This document shows positions 14,501-27,649 of a stretch of DNA of 64,000 nucleotides, one piece after another; the first letter of the stretch is position 1, and every line of letters starts with the position of its first letter. The position numbers and the translations under genes were made by a program. Below the pieces are notes generated by a model. That model searched no databases and had not been told where the DNA came from. It saw nothing but the letters and a program-made list of their open reading frames with translations. The DNA lies in contig OZ210885.1 in NCBI GenBank assembly GCA_964658305.1, positions 8,742,001-8,806,000 on the forward strand, given 5' to 3'. This DNA is from Leptogorgia sarmentosa. Its lineage: Eukaryota.

Positions 14501-14740
14501 GGGTAAGCGTGGGGTAATTTTTACCCCTTTTTATTTTACACCCGAGTTACACCGCAATCAACTACCCTCGTAACAGGGGTAAAATTTACCCCATGTCAAA
14601 TTACTCTTCTATATTCTACCCCTAAAGTACAAATTACCCTCAATTTGGGAGTAAATTCTACCCCAAAATAGATTACTCCTCTTACATGGGTAATAGTTAC
14701 TCTCCGAAAGAGTAATATTTACCCCTCCAGTTTTACAGTG
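11543..14740. mobile_element. Non-autonomous CACTA/EnSpm (CMC) element, 3.2 kb
   Basis: TIRs cactgtaaaactgg / ccagttttacagtg, 2-bp CA duplication, and arrays of ggggtaatttttacccc-like subterminal repeats at both ends. Confidence 0.8.
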
Positions 14741-14862
14741 CAGAACGGAAAGAAATGTATATTTACATATAATATATAGTAAGAAAGCATAAGAATGACC
14801 GTTTTAAGTAGGTTATATTTTAATATTAAAAATAGTCTAGTAAAATTGTATATCAGTATATG

Positions 14863-14863
14863 G

Positions 14864-14959
<96 letters not shown>
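14863..14959. repeat. (ATT)n microsatellite, probable LINE tail
   Basis: About 32 perfect units next to a LINE 3' end. Confidence 0.95.
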
Positions 14960-15287
14960 TAGGGACCTTGGAATTTGCAATCTTAAAGATTGAAATACAT
15001 CCATAGGCATAACAGCATGGTTACCTATTACATATAAAATATCAGAGTATATGGTAAAAATGTTAAAAACTAAAAATTCTAAAAAACTGTTGATTAAAAC
15101 TAAGCGTTAGTACTAAAAGTTATTAAAACGTTCAACAGAGGACGGAATAAAAGAGTTTTTGAGTACGAGCATTGAAGCATTGCCTTTCAATTTCATAAAC
15201 GGCTTTAAATTTTGACAGATTCAGTAAGTTACTAATTTACCATGTGTTATGGAATGGATTCTCATGCAAGATTTAAGACAAACTATA
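14960..15287 (-). mobile_element. 3' end of an L2/CR1-group LINE
   Basis: The minus strand reads LKNSFIPSSVERFNNF* near 15110-15160, like a LINE ORF2 C-terminus, followed by a UTR and an (AAT)n tail. Confidence 0.55.
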
Positions 15288-15498
15288 CAGTACTGTGCAA
15301 AAGTTATAGGCACCTCGTCAAAAAGCATTTGACGCCATCTTATTGTAAACTTATACGATGCAAAAGTTATAGGCACCTCGTGAAAAAACATTTGACGCCA
15401 TCTTATTGTAAACTTATTGTAAACTTATACGATAAGTTTACAATAAGATGGCGTCAAATGCTTTTTCACGAGGTGCCTATAACTTTTGCACAGTACTG
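15288..15498. mobile_element. Tc1/mariner-type MITE
   Basis: Long TIRs cagtactgtgcaaaagttataggcacc, flanked by TA on both sides, with an internal duplication of the left arm. Confidence 0.85.
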
Positions 15499-15659
15499 TA
15501 CATCAACTTCATTCAGACCTGTATGATGACGGTTTCAGGTCAACGTACTCATAACCCATGCTAGATAATAATTGAAGTATGAATATGTGACCAGTGTAGG
15601 TAGCAGATGGAAACATCAACAACAAATAAAGGTCTACTCAATACGTATAAGGGATATAC

Positions 15660-16440
15660 AAATGGATTTGACGTATCCCGCAAAAGGCCCTCGTCGGGAA
15701 TTAGTGTAACACACTATTCGATCCCACCGAAGGGCCTCTGCTCGAAACGTAAAATCTGTTTATGTTATTCAGGTAGAGAGTAGACTCTTTGCTGCCTGTT
15801 AATAAAGCCACTATCAACACAACTGAGTATTTTAAATACAACTTTTATTTGTATTGTATGTAGTTAGATAATCTGGAAGCAGATTAACTCGATCGTAAAA
15901 TACCCCCATTACTAAAATCCCCACCATGCAATTTGTCATCTATACGGGAAAGACACTTACTATCTATTTTGTGTTGCTGGAAGACCCAGCAACAACTTAC
16001 TGAATGCTGAAGTGCTGTCATGTACGAGTTTGCATTTTGGTGATGCGACACACGATATATATTGTTCAAGATCTGTACCTATATAGACATGTATAATTGA
16101 CATTTGATATAGTCCAATTAATATGAGGCTCGAGATAATCCTGTATATATATCGATGACTAGATGGGGCAAGAATCGTGGAAAAATTCATTGTGGACAAC
16201 GCATGCATAAATAGTAATACCTGTCAACTGGTGAAAGAAATCAAATTTCAACTCCCCCCGCTCGTGTAGTGGAGGAGGTCTCATGCAGTTTACAATTTAT
16301 AACGTTCCTGTAACGGGATGGTTGTTCACATGTAAGATTGCGCCATCCACTGAATAACTACATTAGGGAACACACCAATTCCTGAGGAAGGACGTTTCAT
16401 CGAAACGTTAAATCTGTTTCTATCGTTTAGGTTGTGATCA
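15660..16440. mobile_element. Degenerate Penelope-like remnants
   Basis: The minus strand reads GLYQMSIIHVYIGT (GIY-YIG-like). Flanking motifs ...gaagggcc...cgaaacgt (15730-15750) and ctgagga...cgaaacgtt (16382-16409). Confidence 0.4.
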
Positions 16441-17873
16441 AGACCGTTGCTCTTTGTTGAATTTCCTAAAACAACCCGTTAAAACTCTGAGGCGAATAAA
16501 ACTTAAATATTTTGAAGTTGAACATACTTTGTATCAATTGCCTGCTCCTGCTCCTTTTCTGAATTTTCCACAATTTGCATGGTCGTTTCATTATTCGTAT
16601 AACGAAAATTGCAATAGGCTCCTGAACTCAAGCAAACCAGTCAAACTTTCAAAGTAGCTTTATTCACGCGGTTGTATACATGCAGTTAAACTGTTAAATG
16701 CATACATAAAATATGAACAAAATCATTACCAAGATTATGTTACTAGAATAGTGTTAGAGTGATGGAAATTATATTTCTTACTCCACACACATAAGCTTAA
16801 TTCCTAACGTCGCAGTTGGTACAGTATCTTAGAACGCAGGCCCGCAGTAAGATGAGATCTCTGGAGGCCCTCCCCACTCACCCGAAGTCAATGAAGTCGT
16901 GATTTAGTTGTCTTTCTGAACATAGGAAAATATCTTTTTTTTTATACAGTGTGAATTGATATTAGGTTTTTTCAAGATGATCATGCATGATTATGCCAAT
17001 TGAAGAAAATCCGCCCTGAAAATGCCCGAAAACATGTTTCTGAGCGCCTTATTTTTATATATATACCCCCCCCCCCCCCCAACACACACACACACACACA
17101 CACAGGTAAACAGATTTCGTAATTGAAATTGTCATAATTTTATGCGCAATAACTCGACAGTTACGGTCGTCCCTATATAGGTAGTAAAATGCATGTCGCA
17201 CGCCAGAACGGTACGTCGAACCGACTTGACATTAACCCTAACCCTCTATTGGTATTGGTTGGTTGCCTAGTTGGTTAGCAAAGGATACGGTAAAATTTCA
17301 CACAATTTCACATTTTTCACATTGCGGTAAAGCAATCTTTTACCACTCGTTTACGGAATATATTCAGAGCAACTAATTTAATCTAACTAACAGTTGAATT
17401 TGCGTAGTTCAGGAACACAAGTTACTAAACTTACTGAACTCGTTTCAAAGTTGGTTATCTACTTCGCGCAAGAAGGGACTGGGTGAAAGACGATGTCCTT
17501 TTCAATTCACCATAAACTCGATCCATTGCTATTCGAGTTATGCGTTGAAACAAAACAACTTTTTAAATAAAGGGTGTAAATATCTCAATAATCGTCGCTC
17601 GTATTACAAAGCAGTAGGCTACAACTGTAAATGTTGTTCATTAAGATGGCTTTCTAGGACTTTCGCGTGACCTATTTTCATGAAATGGCAAAACGTGCTG
17701 TTCGAGCCCTTTAACCCACTGATCTCGAAGTACTGAATTTATCATCCCTTTCAATTCAGTAATAATTTTGAAGTTGATGAAATAATGAGATGAAATACTA
17801 AAATGAGTGAAATCGATCGCAGTTTCCATAAATGGTATCACAACATGCACGGTCAGATTATAAAGAAAATGTC

Positions 17874-18048
17874 CAGGGCCGTCGCTACAACGTTAATTGG
17901 GGGGGGGGGGGGATATTCATATATTCATGTTCTGCCCGACTAATTCCTTTTGAAATTAAAAACTTAAAAACAAGAGAAATCCGTCGGCAATAGCACGAAT
18001 ATATGAATATACACCCCCCCCCCAATTAACGCTCTAGCTACGGCCCTG
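17874..18048. mobile_element. hAT-type MITE
   Basis: TIRs cagggccgt / acggccctg, 8-bp TSD AAAATGTC, nearly palindromic body. Confidence 0.88.
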
Positions 18049-18518
18049 AAAATGTCTTTTGCAGTTCAAGAATACACAGAGCTTGTCATTATGGTTTCTA
18101 GATCGTTTAAAAGCTTTATCATGAATCACATGGCCTCCATCTTGGTGTGACCTCATTAGTTATTCACGGCCAAATTTAAAAGGAAAAAGACGCCATTTTT
18201 GGAGACCAATATGGCCGCCATTTGTTTATTCATGCATTACAGAAGCTTTGTCCAGTCATATTATTGTTCAGTGTGCGTATATTTTGGAAAATAAAACGTA
18301 AAAACTAATCTGGAACGTATTAACTAACTTTTTATGCCCTATCTACATCTTTAAAAACTCACTTCCAGTAATCGCATTGAGTAGCACGCATAATATAAGT
18401 AACGAAACCTATTCTGCTTGTTAGTGATTATATTCACAATTAGTTTTGGTAAATCATTATAGTCACAAGTTTTGTTGCGCTTTATACAGAATATTAATTT
18501 TTCCTTTTATTTTTGAAG

Positions 18519-18927
18519 GTGTGGAATTTGTCCGATGGCAGTGTCATCAGTGAAATTGATAGCGATGGCACACATGAGATTGTTCGCTTTAGTTCTGATG
18601 GGTTGCAAGTTATAATTGGATGCAATGATAACCAGGTGTTCATCTGGGACTGGCAAAATCCTGATGCGTCTTTGAAAGAAGTCATTTTACCCGCGTCCTA
18701 TACAGTGGAAATAGCATGCGATCGCAACATGATTTACACATGTAGCCTGGATATGCATATTTGTGAAATCAATCTCGACTCTTTGCAAGTATCGACTGTA
18801 CGTCAGCCGCCGAGGGTCCCACATGTAATATCACCCGACGGCAAAAATCTTTTGTTTGGCTCGCTTCAGAAAAATGTGTTTCTTCACCGGGAACTTTCAA
18901 CTGATAGTTGGATCGACCATAATGCAG
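18519..18927 (+). CDS. WD40-repeat gene exon 6
   Basis: ttttgaag acceptor, gtgggt donor, phase 0/1. Encodes VWNLSDG...FSSDGLQVIIGCNDNQVFIWD. Confidence 0.88.
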
Positions 18928-19879
18928 GTGGGTAAATCAAGGACTATTTCAAAATTCTAAATACTTTAAGTCTTTGATGCGACTACAGGATTTTTTAATA
19001 TATTCATACACACAATAATTTATATGTGTGAAATATCCGTTTTAAATGAGCATATATTTTTCCCGAAAATTTACTTTGCATTCACTCGCGAATGAGTCAA
19101 ATATTGAATTCGATTTACGTGCTAGCTCTGAAATTGTCTTGCATGGCTAGCTTTACAGGCTATTTTCTGTTCTGATTATGTATTAAAGGATTACGAAGAA
19201 TACAATTAAAACGGTTTCGTCACGAGTATCTACAAACCTGTATCCGCTTTTAGTCGTGTTGCATGTAGCGAAAGAATACCAAAGCTACGCGTACGAGATT
19301 TCAAAAATTTCAACTTGCTATTTTCGATCTCATCTTTTTCTAAACGGGTTTTTTTGCCACAGTACGTTTCCCATCCATGTGCCTTCACGACATGAAGGAT
19401 GTCAACACATTGCAATTTTCAGGCCATTTTTCGGCCGCTTTTATCTGCTGATTTCCAAATAAAGTTGAAGCCCGTATCATTCATGAGATTACTTCGCTCA
19501 TTGTTTGAATTTGACGGAAATTAGACGTCTAAAACGAGCCTAACTAGTCGCGCTGTGCGAACATACCTCAAGATTTAAACCTCAGCTGAAGTTTTGGAGA
19601 ATTAGCTGTCAATTGACACGGAAGTTATGTTCTACTAAACTGTCTTTCCATGAGCTTAGTGTAAGACTGTTCTCAGCCCACTGCAAGATTTTAGTCTAGA
19701 GTAAACGTATACATAATACAGAAATCTAGCGATCTCAAAAATTTGAAAATAAGTAAAGAAACAAAAATCCATCGCTACAATGTGTAAAAGTGTGTCAAAA
19801 TGTCATTATGGCCATTCAAATTAAAGTTCTATTTATCAGGTGAAAGTGATTGAATTTCGGATGAAATACGTGTGATTTA

Positions 19880-20114
19880 CGGCCGTTTTCCATGCATTGC
19901 AGTCGCTTTGCCCGCACGGGCAGAGCAAACATGTTTCAAATTTTGCTATGGGTGTTTAATCTGAGCGTTCTCTGTCTAATTTTGCACGCGCGGAGACGCT
20001 TAGAAGTGGAACTACATTCAACTTTTTTGGCGTGCCCGCGCGACTGATTTTTTACGAAGTTAAAGTCGTTCGCTCCGTCTGCGAGGGCAAAACGACTGTA
20101 ATGGAAAACGGCCC
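19880..20114. mobile_element. MITE, probably PIF/Harbinger
   Basis: TIRs ggccgttttccat / atggaaaacggcc plus further imperfect inverted arms. Confidence 0.6.
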
Positions 20115-20340
20115 TTTTTCCACTATACTAGTCTTTTATTCACAACAGTGAATGACTTATTTTTGCGTTTTCGATATCAGCGATGCATTTTCCTACCTGG
20201 ATTTGAATAAAATTTCTATTGCTGCACCTGTAAAGATTACTTGTCGTCTAAAGGATATTTTTCAATGATTGGCAGGCTACACCGCTGAAGCGTCGAATAC
20301 ATGAATACTTCAAATAAAAATTTTTACTTCCTTCATGCAG

Positions 20341-20945
20341 GTCACCCTTACGACTCGGTAGTTACAGCAATTGACATCACATCAAATGGGAAATTTGCTT
20401 TATCTGGAAGCAGTTCGGGAACATTGTCGCTAGTCGACATAGAGTGTTCTAAAATTGTTCAAGCCTTCGCAAAGACCGAATCTGGACTCGCCATACTTTT
20501 TGTCTGCTTATTAAGTGATGATGCCCGTTTCGTTTTTGTTGACGAGGCAAACAGGATCGAACTAAGAACTTTTATTGATACCGAGGCCAGCATTAATTTG
20601 GGTCAACCAGAAGTTAAAGTAAACTGCATTACTGCTCTTGGTTCAAGCTATGCATTGCTTGGTTGTGATGACGGAGAACTGTTATGGTTTCATCTTAACA
20701 ATAAATCGCAGTCGAAATTTCCAGCACACGTGGATGCCATTTCTCAAGTTAAAGGCGAGCTAGGAGGTCATGATCGTTCACGTCGCTTTGCATCGGGGTC
20801 TATCGGTGGGTCTGTGAAGCTTTGGAATGTTGAAGAAAACTTGCCGACGTTAATATGGTCACATGACAACATTTGTTCGGATCCCATTACCGCGTTAGAA
20901 TTCGTGCCCTGCTCGGATGATATCATAATTGCTTCTGGCAAAAGG
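20341..20945 (+). CDS. WD40-repeat gene exon 7
   Basis: catgcag acceptor, gtatgt donor, phase 1/0. Encodes HPYDSVVTAIDITSNGKFALSGS...FASGSIGGSVKLWNV. Confidence 0.9.
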
Positions 20946-21484
20946 GTATGTATATCATTTTCCAAACGAGATTTTCAAATGTTATTTTTGGAGCGTATTT
21001 CTTGCTGTATAGGTTGAGCTGCAATTCAAATTTCGTGATGTCTCTTTACCGAACAAGATTGTCAAACGTTATTTTTATGGCTTAATACTTGTTGTAGTTG
21101 AGCTGCACTTCAAATCTTATTTCTTACAGTACATGAAAAATGACACATACCATGCTCATTGTGAAGCGCTTCTAGAGCGAATTAACTTTGTTCCAAGCAT
21201 TATTTTATGGAAATCGGAAGACAAATTTGGAAGAAAGCCCCTAGTTCAGCCCTTGACTGGAAGAACACAACCAAATGAATGGTGGTGTTGAAGTCGTGTG
21301 CATGTTTGTTTTTTCGCTGATCGATGTTTTGTGCACTGTGGAAAGTGTAAAAAAAAGAAAAAACATGGTGTGCATGTCATTGTTACCGATTCCATGGCGA
21401 GAATCGCATTAAGATTAGATCTGTCCGTATGGTTAAGCACGCTACCTGAGTTTGTTCCTACCTACTCGGTCTCGTTGTCTATTT

Positions 21485-22010
21485 AACAATTAGTCGCCGA
21501 AGGCGAGGTGATTACAAGCTCATAGTCACCAAGGCGCGATGCGCCGACGTGACTATGAGCTTGTAATCACCAAAGCCTGAGGCGACTAATTGTTTTAGTA
21601 TAAATTCCCAGGTCAAACTGATTTGATTCAAAAAGTAGAAATTCAAGTTTTGTTTACTTTGCTTATAGTTTGTTTACTTTGCTTATAGTTTGTTTACATA
21701 AAATAATTCACGCTCATATCACCATTTTGCTAGTGAAAAAAGCCAGTTTTGTTGCATAAAAATAACAACAAATAAAATATTTTACTTTGAAAGATTTTTA
21801 AACCATATTTTGTCGCTTGTTTAACTTTCTTGGGGATGCTTTCTTGTTTAATTTTGTCAATTTCCTCCTGCGAAACTTCAGCAAACCGAGCGGCCATTTT
21901 GAATTTTAATTATGTTATAGTCACTGCCCAGTGACTATAACACCAGAGACAGCAAATTTTAACCAAGCAGATTGCAGGAAATGTTATAGTCACTTGAAAA
22001 TTTATACTAA
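21485..22010. mobile_element. Hairpin-capped non-autonomous element
   Basis: 110-bp palindrome at 21485-21594, then ttagtataaatt, which is inverted at the far end (aatttatactaa). The tail recurs at about 33430-33515. Confidence 0.7.
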
Positions 22011-22162
22011 GAGCGAATAGTCAACGAGGCCTCGATCGTTAGCCAATTGTTAAATATTCCCTAAACTAATAAAAACGCGAAAATTTTCGGAAAACACGCG
22101 TTCAGTTAGCCTAGGTAGATTAATATACTCTGCAGTCGTACATCTGGATGGCACTACATTTA

Positions 22163-22700
22163 TTTAAAACTAGGTACACAAAGTGTACATGTATCTGCGC
22201 TCAGCTACCATCGCGGTGATACAAACTTGTCAATGCGCGACATGTTGGATCTGTCCCGAATGTGTCACCTTGCAAGTATAAAATAGTATTCCGCTAGTAA
22301 TTAGCGCGACTGTTTTTCCGAAAGTACTGATTTCTGAAACGCGAGGTTGGGCGTTGAAGACTTGATATAAGCTTTCATGAATATATCGCATTCCAAATAT
22401 CAAATTGCAATGGAATTCAACTGGGCGACATACGATATGGCATATTTTAAATACCTCCTTCAAATTTATTGATGTTGTCGCGTCTTGCAATTGCTTTTCG
22501 AAATATGTGGCTTTCTTTTGACCAAGTTTACCCTTTGTATAAAACCACTTGCATACAACATATTCTGTCCATGTCTTTAAATTGTCAATGTCGTTTTGAA
22601 TTGCAATTGCGCACTTACTGAGATGTAGAATCAGTGTCAAAATTGATTGCCTAAACTTTCGTTCTTGTAGACTACACTTTACAATGTATCGGTACAAACA
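22163..22700 (-). mobile_element. Partial copy of the HINE family at 25497
   Basis: Shares taggtacacaaagtgtacatgtatctgcgc and downstream similarity with 25497-25940. Confidence 0.55.
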
Positions 22701-23412
22701 TTGCAACGTTGTTGGCGCGAAAACAATATTTTACGACTTTTTATTATACAGTCGCAAACATTAATAACCCCCAGTCAGTAGAACTGATTATTTCAAAATT
22801 AAAAATGTCAGCTAATTACATCATATCGAAATTTAAAGATAACCTGTGGATCATTTTACTATTTTCTGTACTATTTTCATTTTTTCGTTAAAAGCATGTT
22901 TTTTTTATTGAACTACCATGAAGATTGGTTCGCGGGTCTTGCACTAACGTCGCCATTTTAAAAACTCAAATTTATTGCCGGGAAAGCATCACGTGATCGA
23001 TATCTTCACAAATGAAGAAATGGAAAATATCTCACTCTTGTACTGTGTATTTTTTGGTATCTACAGTAACTTTGATATCTCTGTTATAAAACTACTCGAC
23101 TTGGACAAACAACAACTATAGAGCTATAGATAGTATGAAATGTATTTTCGGCTTAAAAATCATTGAATCAAGTTTCAAAATATCTTGATTTTCTGTATCA
23201 TGGTTTCATATGGTCATGTAGTTTTATTAATTTGAGCGTAAAAAAGTAAAGAACGTAAATAGTGCTCATTGTTGTGCAATATGCAAAATGTCCAAGCCTC
23301 AAGCTGATATTGATTTGAAATTCCCCAGTTGAAGCAATATACCTTTCCCATCCATACAAGTCTGTCTGAGATTTCTATGTTGAGTTCATAAGTACATTAA
23401 TTCAACATCAAG

Positions 23413-25233
23413 ATGATCTCAATACACGGAAAAGGACTTAGGCTAGTTGTCGAATTCAAATCCATTTTTCAATTGAAATCTCGCATAATATAATTTATTT
23501 CATTTCCATATTTTTGTCAGGGCTAAAGTTCTCATAACCAAACATAATTACAAAATTTCAACCAGTTTAATACAGAATAACAAAAGATATAATTGAGTGA
23601 ATATAGCAAAATGGATTTCCGTCCGGACAGCATTCTAAAACTCACACCTTTGTCACAAGTTCAATAAAAATTGATATAGGATTAACATATCAACCCCGAG
23701 CCACGGCGCGAAGCGCCGTCCGGGCGTTAGCCTGGGGCTAGGGTAATAATTCCGCCATAGCGGAGTCCAAAGTTGCTCGATTTGGCGGCCATTTTGGGTT
23801 ATGGTGTAAGAGAATTTTTGTAAGGGTGGTCATCACTGATCTCAAAATTATGCTGGACTATCATGAAGAGCGAAGCTTTTTAAAGCTTTTGGGCCTTTGA
23901 AAAGGCGAAAACAAAGACAGGACCTACGTTGTAAGACTTGTAAAGCCTTCTCAGAAGATATAAAACGCTGAGAAAGGGGAACAAACGAATACGGATTGAA
24001 ACACATGCAAGATAAGTTCGTCAATAGGTTGCTGGCAGTGAACTTTGTTTTGCGTATTTACCATCTACAGTCTACTATTTGTATGAAAGGTTGCCGTAGC
24101 CGCATTTAATCTATTCACGGCTCAATTCCAGAGTATAAGTTTATTATTTTAAAGGCAGGACTTCACAAAATATTTACAAACCGTTTACCCCAAAAGAACA
24201 CGAGCGAACATTGGCTGGAAATTGTTTCATATCAAAGACTGACTTAATTAAACCGTCTTATGCAAATAATGGAATTTATTTTTTTCCGGTCCGTAACTCC
24301 CGGTCCGTAACCTAAATACAGCTTTCTGATTGGTTGCTGAGCGGTCCGTATCCTACGGTACGGACCGCTCGCATTCTCGTAGATACAAATATAGCTAGTC
24401 AATGTTTTTGTTTTTTTAAATTAAATGGCCGCTTTTAAAACATTCAAAACGAATTTAGGCGATAAAGAACACATGAAAGTTCATTTTATTATGCTAAGGG
24501 ATATTTTAGAGGGTATTTACAGCGACAAAAACTCATCAAAGTATCAACAAAGTCTCATCAGTATGAACAAAACAAAACATTCTCGGCGAAATATTTCGGT
24601 GTCTAAACGGTATTTTAATCATGTTTGTATCGTGAAACGAACGGGAAAATAAATAATTTTAATAAGTTTACCTTTTCCGTACTAATGTTGAGCGGAAAAG
24701 TCGTCAATATTGAAGAAAAGGAGTCAATATTGAAGGGTTTTTTCTCACTTCGTCTTGGCTGTTTAGCAGCCATACCTGCGATAGAGTAGCAAAGTAAACA
24801 AACACAACTGATCTCAAAATCTAGTTCGCAACACTGGAATTTTTGACGAATTTTATCATAACATCGAGGGGGGGGGAAATAAATAAGTTATTTACCATTT
24901 AGGTCGGTCCGTACTGGAAAATATTTTCCAGTACGGACCTCCCATGCAGCTGGTAAATAACATATATAAATGTAGTATTTCGCACCAAATTCAAGTTTAT
25001 ATCCTAATAACGTACGGATAACAAGTGGTTCTCGAAATTAAAAAAAATGCCAATAAAACAAAGATAAAAGCTGATATTTTGACTGTTTTCAAAAAAATAC
25101 AGAAATATTAATTTCCGATCGTGTTGCCATGACAACAACCTCAGGCAGCGTTTGAAGTACTTCATGTTCCAAAAATATAGTTGCGTTAATTGGTTAGTAA
25201 GGCGAGGGGTTGCTGCATGTATGTATTTCTAGT
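23413..25233 (+). repeat. Dispersed repeat family copy A (contains a nested insertion at 24276-24961)
   Basis: Collinear with the reverse complement of 28565-29589 and with 55410-55968. Confidence 0.8.
24276..24961. mobile_element. Hairpin-capped element inserted in repeat copy A
   Basis: Absent from the other copies. 12-bp IR ttatttttttcc / ggaaataaataa followed by a terminal hairpin gttatttacca...tggtaaataac. Confidence 0.65.
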
Positions 25234-25496
25234 TAGATTATAGAAACAACGCCTTATGCATGACCTATGTGTTCGGAATCAATTTCATGCAATAAATGTA
25301 GCACTATAAAACCCACCAAGCACTTATAGTCAAATTACTGGAATATTATAAACTGCTTTACACCTACAAAAATTTCAACCATCTGGAAGTTTGACGAAGA
25401 AATAATTCTTACAAAAAGAAAATAAATCTTGTATAACGTAAAGTTTGATCCACAAGCAGGAAAAACGGCGCGCATGCCTTCCCGAACTAAGTTTAA

Positions 25497-26807
25497 AAAT
25501 AGGTACACAAAGTGTACATGTATCTGCGCCTGTGTAGCTTGATGATCAAGTCTTATTTGTTTTCAGCTTTTCGATACACGCATCTTATCTGTCCCTAATA
25601 CGCGATCTTGCATGTATAAAATGGTTTACTGCTAGGGAATAGGCGAATAGCGCAAATGCCAGTTACTTTCAAGACGTGAGGCTGTGCGGAGACGTATTCA
25701 ATACTTGATATAAGCTTTCATGACTATCTCGCATTCCGGAATTCCCGCGATCATATATCAAATTGCATAAGGAATTGAAACTTGACGACATATGATGTCT
25801 CATTTTATGTCTTTAAAATAGACACAGCGCTTTGCGATTGTTTGTGAAAAATGTGGCTCTCTAAAAAACAAATTTACCCTTTTCAATACCGTATCACAAT
25901 AATATATTTATATACAATATATTCCGTCCATTCATGCGCATTTGCGTAGACGCTAAAGTGTATGTATGATCGGTATGCGCTTTGCATAGGTTCAAAACAG
26001 AATACTTGAAATTATATATGATTTCGTTTGTTTTGTCTCGCGCTTAATAAACGCACAAACCCGTTTTATTACAAGCTACGAAATCTATTTTCCCGGGATT
26101 GAATGTTTCAACCATTTTGTATGGCGAAGCGTCAAAATATAGTAGATATTCCATGATCACAATGACACCGCGGGCAGTCCAAACATGTACAGTGTGTCAG
26201 TGCGACAGTGCCGACACGCTAAAGTATCGTTGGGAAAATATACGCGCAATTGTGTCAACACATTAAACTCTTTCATAACCTTAAATATTCGCTGTGTTCA
26301 ATCGTATAAACTGCGTCATGATATTTTTGCTTTGATGATCTAAATTGCATAGCGAACCTCTTTAATTAATATCTTTAAAAGCAATGCCAATGTCTGCAAT
26401 TTGCGTCATGATATTTTTGCGTATAAATTTACTTAGTATAAATAGTGTTCTAAACGGCGTAAACGCTCATAAATTAACCTCTATTTCAGTGAAGTCACTC
26501 GTCGCTGCGAACATTGTATTTTCTTTTTATCTGGATATTCATGCGAAACATAATCCACGATCAATCAGACAAACACATCACCACTCTTTAGCTCGCCCCT
26601 ATATCAGTCGCCATATTTGTAGCCTGAAAACACACCTTCACGCGTACGGTTTTGCGAGAAGCTCAGTGAGAATTACGTCATCTCAATGTTACGTTGTCGT
26701 CTATTGGCTAAATTGAATCAGATTTAACTAAAGAATTCGCTGATTGGCTGCAAGCTAACAGTTAACAGCTAACAACTCGATAGCAATATATCTGCTACGC
26801 AGATACA
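25497..26807 (-). mobile_element. Helentron-associated non-autonomous element (HINE-like)
   Basis: Asymmetric subTIRs gtatctgcg / cgcagatac, a stem-loop gtacacaaagtgtac at one end, a short palindrome at the other, A/T-run flanks and no TSD. Confidence 0.6.
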
Positions 26808-26891
26808 AAAACAAAGTAAGAGAAAAATAACAAGATATGACTGAATAAACAAAAATATTTATTTTTGAGATTTATTATTAGATTTGAGATT

Positions 26892-27185
26892 AACAATTAG
26901 ATTACGAGCTCGAGATTTCTATGAGGTGATAGTTGATGAGGGCGAAGCCCGAATCAACTATCATCTCGTAGAAATCGAGAGCGCGTAATCTAATTGTTTT
27001 AGTAGAATCAGAGATCGAACATGAAAATATTGCAAAAAATAATTTAAAACCGCGTCTCAGAAGACATTTTCTTGAACGAAAATTCACATGTTTTGCTACT
27101 CGCTATCTATCGAGGAATAGATAGCGAGTAGAGTAGCCAATCAAATTGCAGCATTTGCAATAGTATACGAGTATGATTCTATTAA
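26892..27185. mobile_element. Hairpin-capped non-autonomous element
   Basis: Palindrome at 26892-26998 centred on gagggcgaagcccgaa; ttagtagaatca / tgattctattaa IR; ccaatcaaattgcag near the far end. Confidence 0.7.
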
Positions 27186-27649
27186 ATATATATATATATA
27201 TATGTTTGTTGAAATACCACTCGTGCTTCGCACATATATTACAGTAATTTAGCAGGATAATTTTACGAAACATAACTGCTCAATGCTCAATGCTGATACG
27301 ATAATTGCGAAACGCCATACTTCATTTGCATTTAAACTCAATGTTTCCTGCACACAAACAACCCCCCCCACCCCCCCGACCATTTGCGCGCTTGCCTTCA
27401 GTCACTAATACTGCATGTGTAAATTAAATTCAACAATTCCAATTCTGAAAGTAATTTTTTCAATTACTTTGTTACGTTTCAAGCAGTTTCACGCAACGAA
27501 GCAAACAAACTTAGCACTCCGCATCGGAATTTTTTAATTTTAAATACATAATAATAATTGTTATTAATCGCAAGACGTTCATCTTATTTTGCTGAGAAAA
27601 TAACCAATGCAACAATGTTGTATTAAGCAGTAAATTATTATTTTCACAG

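Noticed and set aside
17235..17245. taaccctaacc telomere-like motif
   Set aside because: Fewer than two units; typical internal motif of small repeats.
22230..22706. 158-aa minus-strand ORF
   Set aside because: It lies within a repeat whose paralog (25500-25940) shows indels; no recognisable domain.
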